Under the pieces are notes generated by a model. It saw only the letters and a program-made list of their open reading frames with translations. It was not told the DNA's origin and made no database searches. Both the position numbers and the translations under genes were made by a program. 64,000 bases of DNA from an uncultured Gammaproteobacteria bacterium (GTDB taxonomy: Bacteria; Pseudomonadota; Gammaproteobacteria; JACCXJ01): contig CAVXTM010000002.1 in the NCBI GenBank assembly GCA_963764725.1, positions 64,001 through 128,000 on the forward strand, given 5' to 3'. This document shows, piece after piece, positions 61,811 to 64,000 of this stretch. Numbering within the stretch: position 1 is the stretch's first letter; every line of letters starts with the position of its first letter.

Positions 61811-64000
61811 GCGATTCCGGCATTCTAAAGCTTATGGATCTGCCGCTCACCGCCACCCACGCCATCGAAGCGAGCGCCGGCACAGGCAAGACGCACACCA
61901 TCATCAGCCTGTATCTGCGTCTGCTCCTCGAATCGGGGCGAGGGGTGGATCAAATTCTTGTCCTCACTTATACCAAGGCGGCCACGGCCGAGCTCAGGCG
62001 CCGCATCCGCGAGCGTTTGCTGAGTAGCCGCGCGATGTTGCAAAAGGGCGGGGGTGACGACCCGGTTGTCGAGGCGTGTCTGGCGCAAGGAATGGATGCG
62101 AAGAACGCCGCGCGGATCGTGACCGGCGCGCTGCGCGGATCCGACGATGCGGCGATTTACACCATGCACGGTTTCTGTCAGCGGGTCCTGAGCGACTATG
62201 CCTTTGAGGGTTGTAACTCCTTCAGTAGCGAGATCCTGCCGGAGACCCGCGAGCTCCTGCGCGAGGTGGTGCAGGATTTTTGGCGGCGGGAATTCTACAC
62301 CGCGCCGCGCGGCTGGTTGGCCTATGCGTTGGGTCGAAGCACGGACCCCGAGCTGCTCACCCGTTGGGTGGAGCGCTATATCGGTAGACCGTACATAAAG
62401 CTGGCTGGCCAAGCGCGGCGCGACGATTGCGCCGCGGAGCAGGCACGCTTTGAGGCGTGCTCGCGTGAGGCCCAGCGGCTCTGGTCCACGGCACGATCCG
62501 AGATTGAGGATCTCATGATCAATTCCAAGACTCTGGACCGCAACCAATACCGCGATTCCTCGGTCGCGGTCTGGCTCGCTCAAACCGAGCGGTTCTTCCG
62601 CTTCGCGCCCATCGTATCGGCGCTCCCGAAAGGGGTCCGGCGCTTCTCTGCCGAGGCGATCAATGCGGGGATGAAGACAGGCCAGACCGCACTCTCACAC
62701 CCGTTTTTCGCTGCCTGTGATGACTTAGTTACGCAACACGCGCTGCTGGAGCAGTGCTACCGGATGCGGTTCCAAGCGCTGTTGCGGGATTTACTAGGCT
62801 ATGTCGAGCGCGAGCTCGAGCCGCGAAAACGCCGACTTGGGGTTCACTCCTACGATGATCTGCTCACCAGGCTCGCGCAAGCGCTCGCGAGCCCGAACGG
62901 ACCCGCCTTGGCGGACGCCGTCAGGGGCCGCTACAGCGCGGCGCTGATCGATGAGTTTCAGGACACCGATCCCTTGCAGTTTCAAATCTTCGACAAGATC
63001 TATGGAGGATCGGATCTGCCGGTCTATTACGTCGGCGATCCGAAGCAGGCCATCTATAGTTTCCGCGGCGCCGACGTGTTCGCCTATTTCGAGGCGCGTG
63101 CCCGCGCGCGCTCGCTGCGCACGCTCGGGACCAACTGGCGTTCCGATGCGCCTCTCGTGCAGGCCGTCAATACCCTCTTTTCTCGCAACCCATCGCCGTT
63201 TTTCAATACCGAGATCGTCTTCCATCCGGTCGCATGCGCGGCCGGAAAAGGATCCGAACTGTGCCTCGGCGATGGCGGCCAGGTGCCGATGGTAGTGTGG
63301 TGCATGGAGAGGGAGGAAGGGGAGAAGGCGATCTCGAAGGAGCGCGCCCGATGGGTGGCGGCGCAAGCGGTGGCGGCCGAAATCGAGACGCTCCTCGATC
63401 CTGCGGCGGACCTCCGCCTTTGCCATCGGCGCCTGCAAGGCAGCGACATCGCGGTGCTGGTACGGACACATGTCGAGGGCGATCTGGTGCGCGGCGTCTT
63501 GCGTTCCCGCGGTATAGCGAGCGTCGAGCAGGGGGCGGGCGATGTGTTCCAATCGCACCAGGCCGCCGATCTCGAATGGGTGCTCAGGGCGGTTCTCGAA
63601 CCCCATGTGCTGTCCTACTTGAAGGCGGCGTTGGCCACGGAGTTACTGGGCAGGACGAGTCTCGAGGTGTGGGATATCGATCACGACGAGGACGTCTGGG
63701 AAGGTTATCTCAAACGCTTTCAGGAGTATCACCGCCAATGGCGGGATCGCGGTTTTATGCTTGCGTTTCGCGGCCTCATCGAAGGAGAAGCGGTAAGCGA
63801 GCGCTTGCTCGCGCTCCCGGACGGTGCGCGCAGGCTTACTAACCTCTTGCATCTCGCGGAACTGCTCCAGGCGCGCGCGGTACGCTATCGGCCCGGAATG
63901 GAGGGTCTCCTGCGGTGGTATGCCACGCGCCGCCGCTCGGGCGCCCCGGGAGCGGAGGAAGAGTTGTTGCGGCTGGAAAGCGATGAGCCACTGGTGAAGA
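61807..64000 (+). CDS. recB: Exodeoxyribonuclease V beta subunit (runs off the window)
   Basis: GTG overlaps the recC stop; IEASAGTGKT, LIDEFQDTD, GDPKQAIYSFRGAD, LRLESD. Confidence 0.96.
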   Translation, partial: MSDSGILKLMDLPLTATHAIEASAGTGKTHTIISLYLRLLLESGRGVDQILVLTYTKAATAELRRRIRERLLSSRAMLQKGGGDDPVVEACLAQGMDAKNAARIVTGALRGSDDAAIYTMHGFCQRVLSDYAFEGCNSFSSEILPETRELLREVVQDFWRREFYTAPRGWLAYALGRSTDPELLTRWVERYIGRPYIKLAGQARRDDCAAEQARFEACSREAQRLWSTARSEIEDLMINSKTLDRNQYRDSSVAVWLAQTERFFRFAPIVSALPKGVRRFSAEAINAGMKTGQTALSHPFFAACDDLVTQHALLEQCYRMRFQALLRDLLGYVERELEPRKRRLGVHSYDDLLTRLAQALASPNGPALADAVRGRYSAALIDEFQDTDPLQFQIFDKIYGGSDLPVYYVGDPKQAIYSFRGADVFAYFEARARARSLRTLGTNWRSDAPLVQAVNTLFSRNPSPFFNTEIVFHPVACAAGKGSELCLGDGGQVPMVVWCMEREEGEKAISKERARWVAAQAVAAEIETLLDPAADLRLCHRRLQGSDIAVLVRTHVEGDLVRGVLRSRGIASVEQGAGDVFQSHQAADLEWVLRAVLEPHVLSYLKAALATELLGRTSLEVWDIDHDEDVWEGYLKRFQEYHRQWRDRGFMLAFRGLIEGEAVSERLLALPDGARRLTNLLHLAELLQARAVRYRPGMEGLLRWYATRRRSGAPGAEEELLRLESDEPLVK

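Overview
GC-rich proteobacterial chromosome segment, probably from a gammaproteobacterial methylotroph or methanotroph (inferred from the serine-cycle cluster and RecBC). Housekeeping genes (metG, apbC/mrp, dcd, asnS, metZ, a radical SAM gene, tolC, recC, recB) and a serine-cycle cluster (sgaA-mcl-mtkAB-hpr-ppc) alternate with accessory blocks. (1) 16.9-28.1 kb: a signalling locus. A coiled-coil/OmpA/Rab-like GTPase trio is in one operon with a PP2C - Slr1658-like kinase - STAS partner switch and a PAS-adenylate cyclase. Next to it are two cNMP-binding effectors: a patatin and a NarK-like transporter with an altered binding site. This is my best candidate for an undescribed system. (2) 28.4-40.2 kb: a type I R-M locus with a nested Gabija and two TA pairs, each TA pair sitting between duplicated hsd gene ends. 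(3) 41.4-46 kb: a GT2 synthase, HlyD-like adaptor and GH18 hydrolase. (4) 47.6-58.5 kb: an island with a mosaic recC remnant, bcsA/bcsS with an odd N-terminal fusion, a probable ~1,480-aa membrane NACHT protein, twin promoters, and an IS5 remnant fused to a secreted 31-aa-repeat protein. Many single-base frameshifts at 29-40 kb and 53-55 kb are probably assembly errors. All family calls come from motif recognition by eye, not from database searches.
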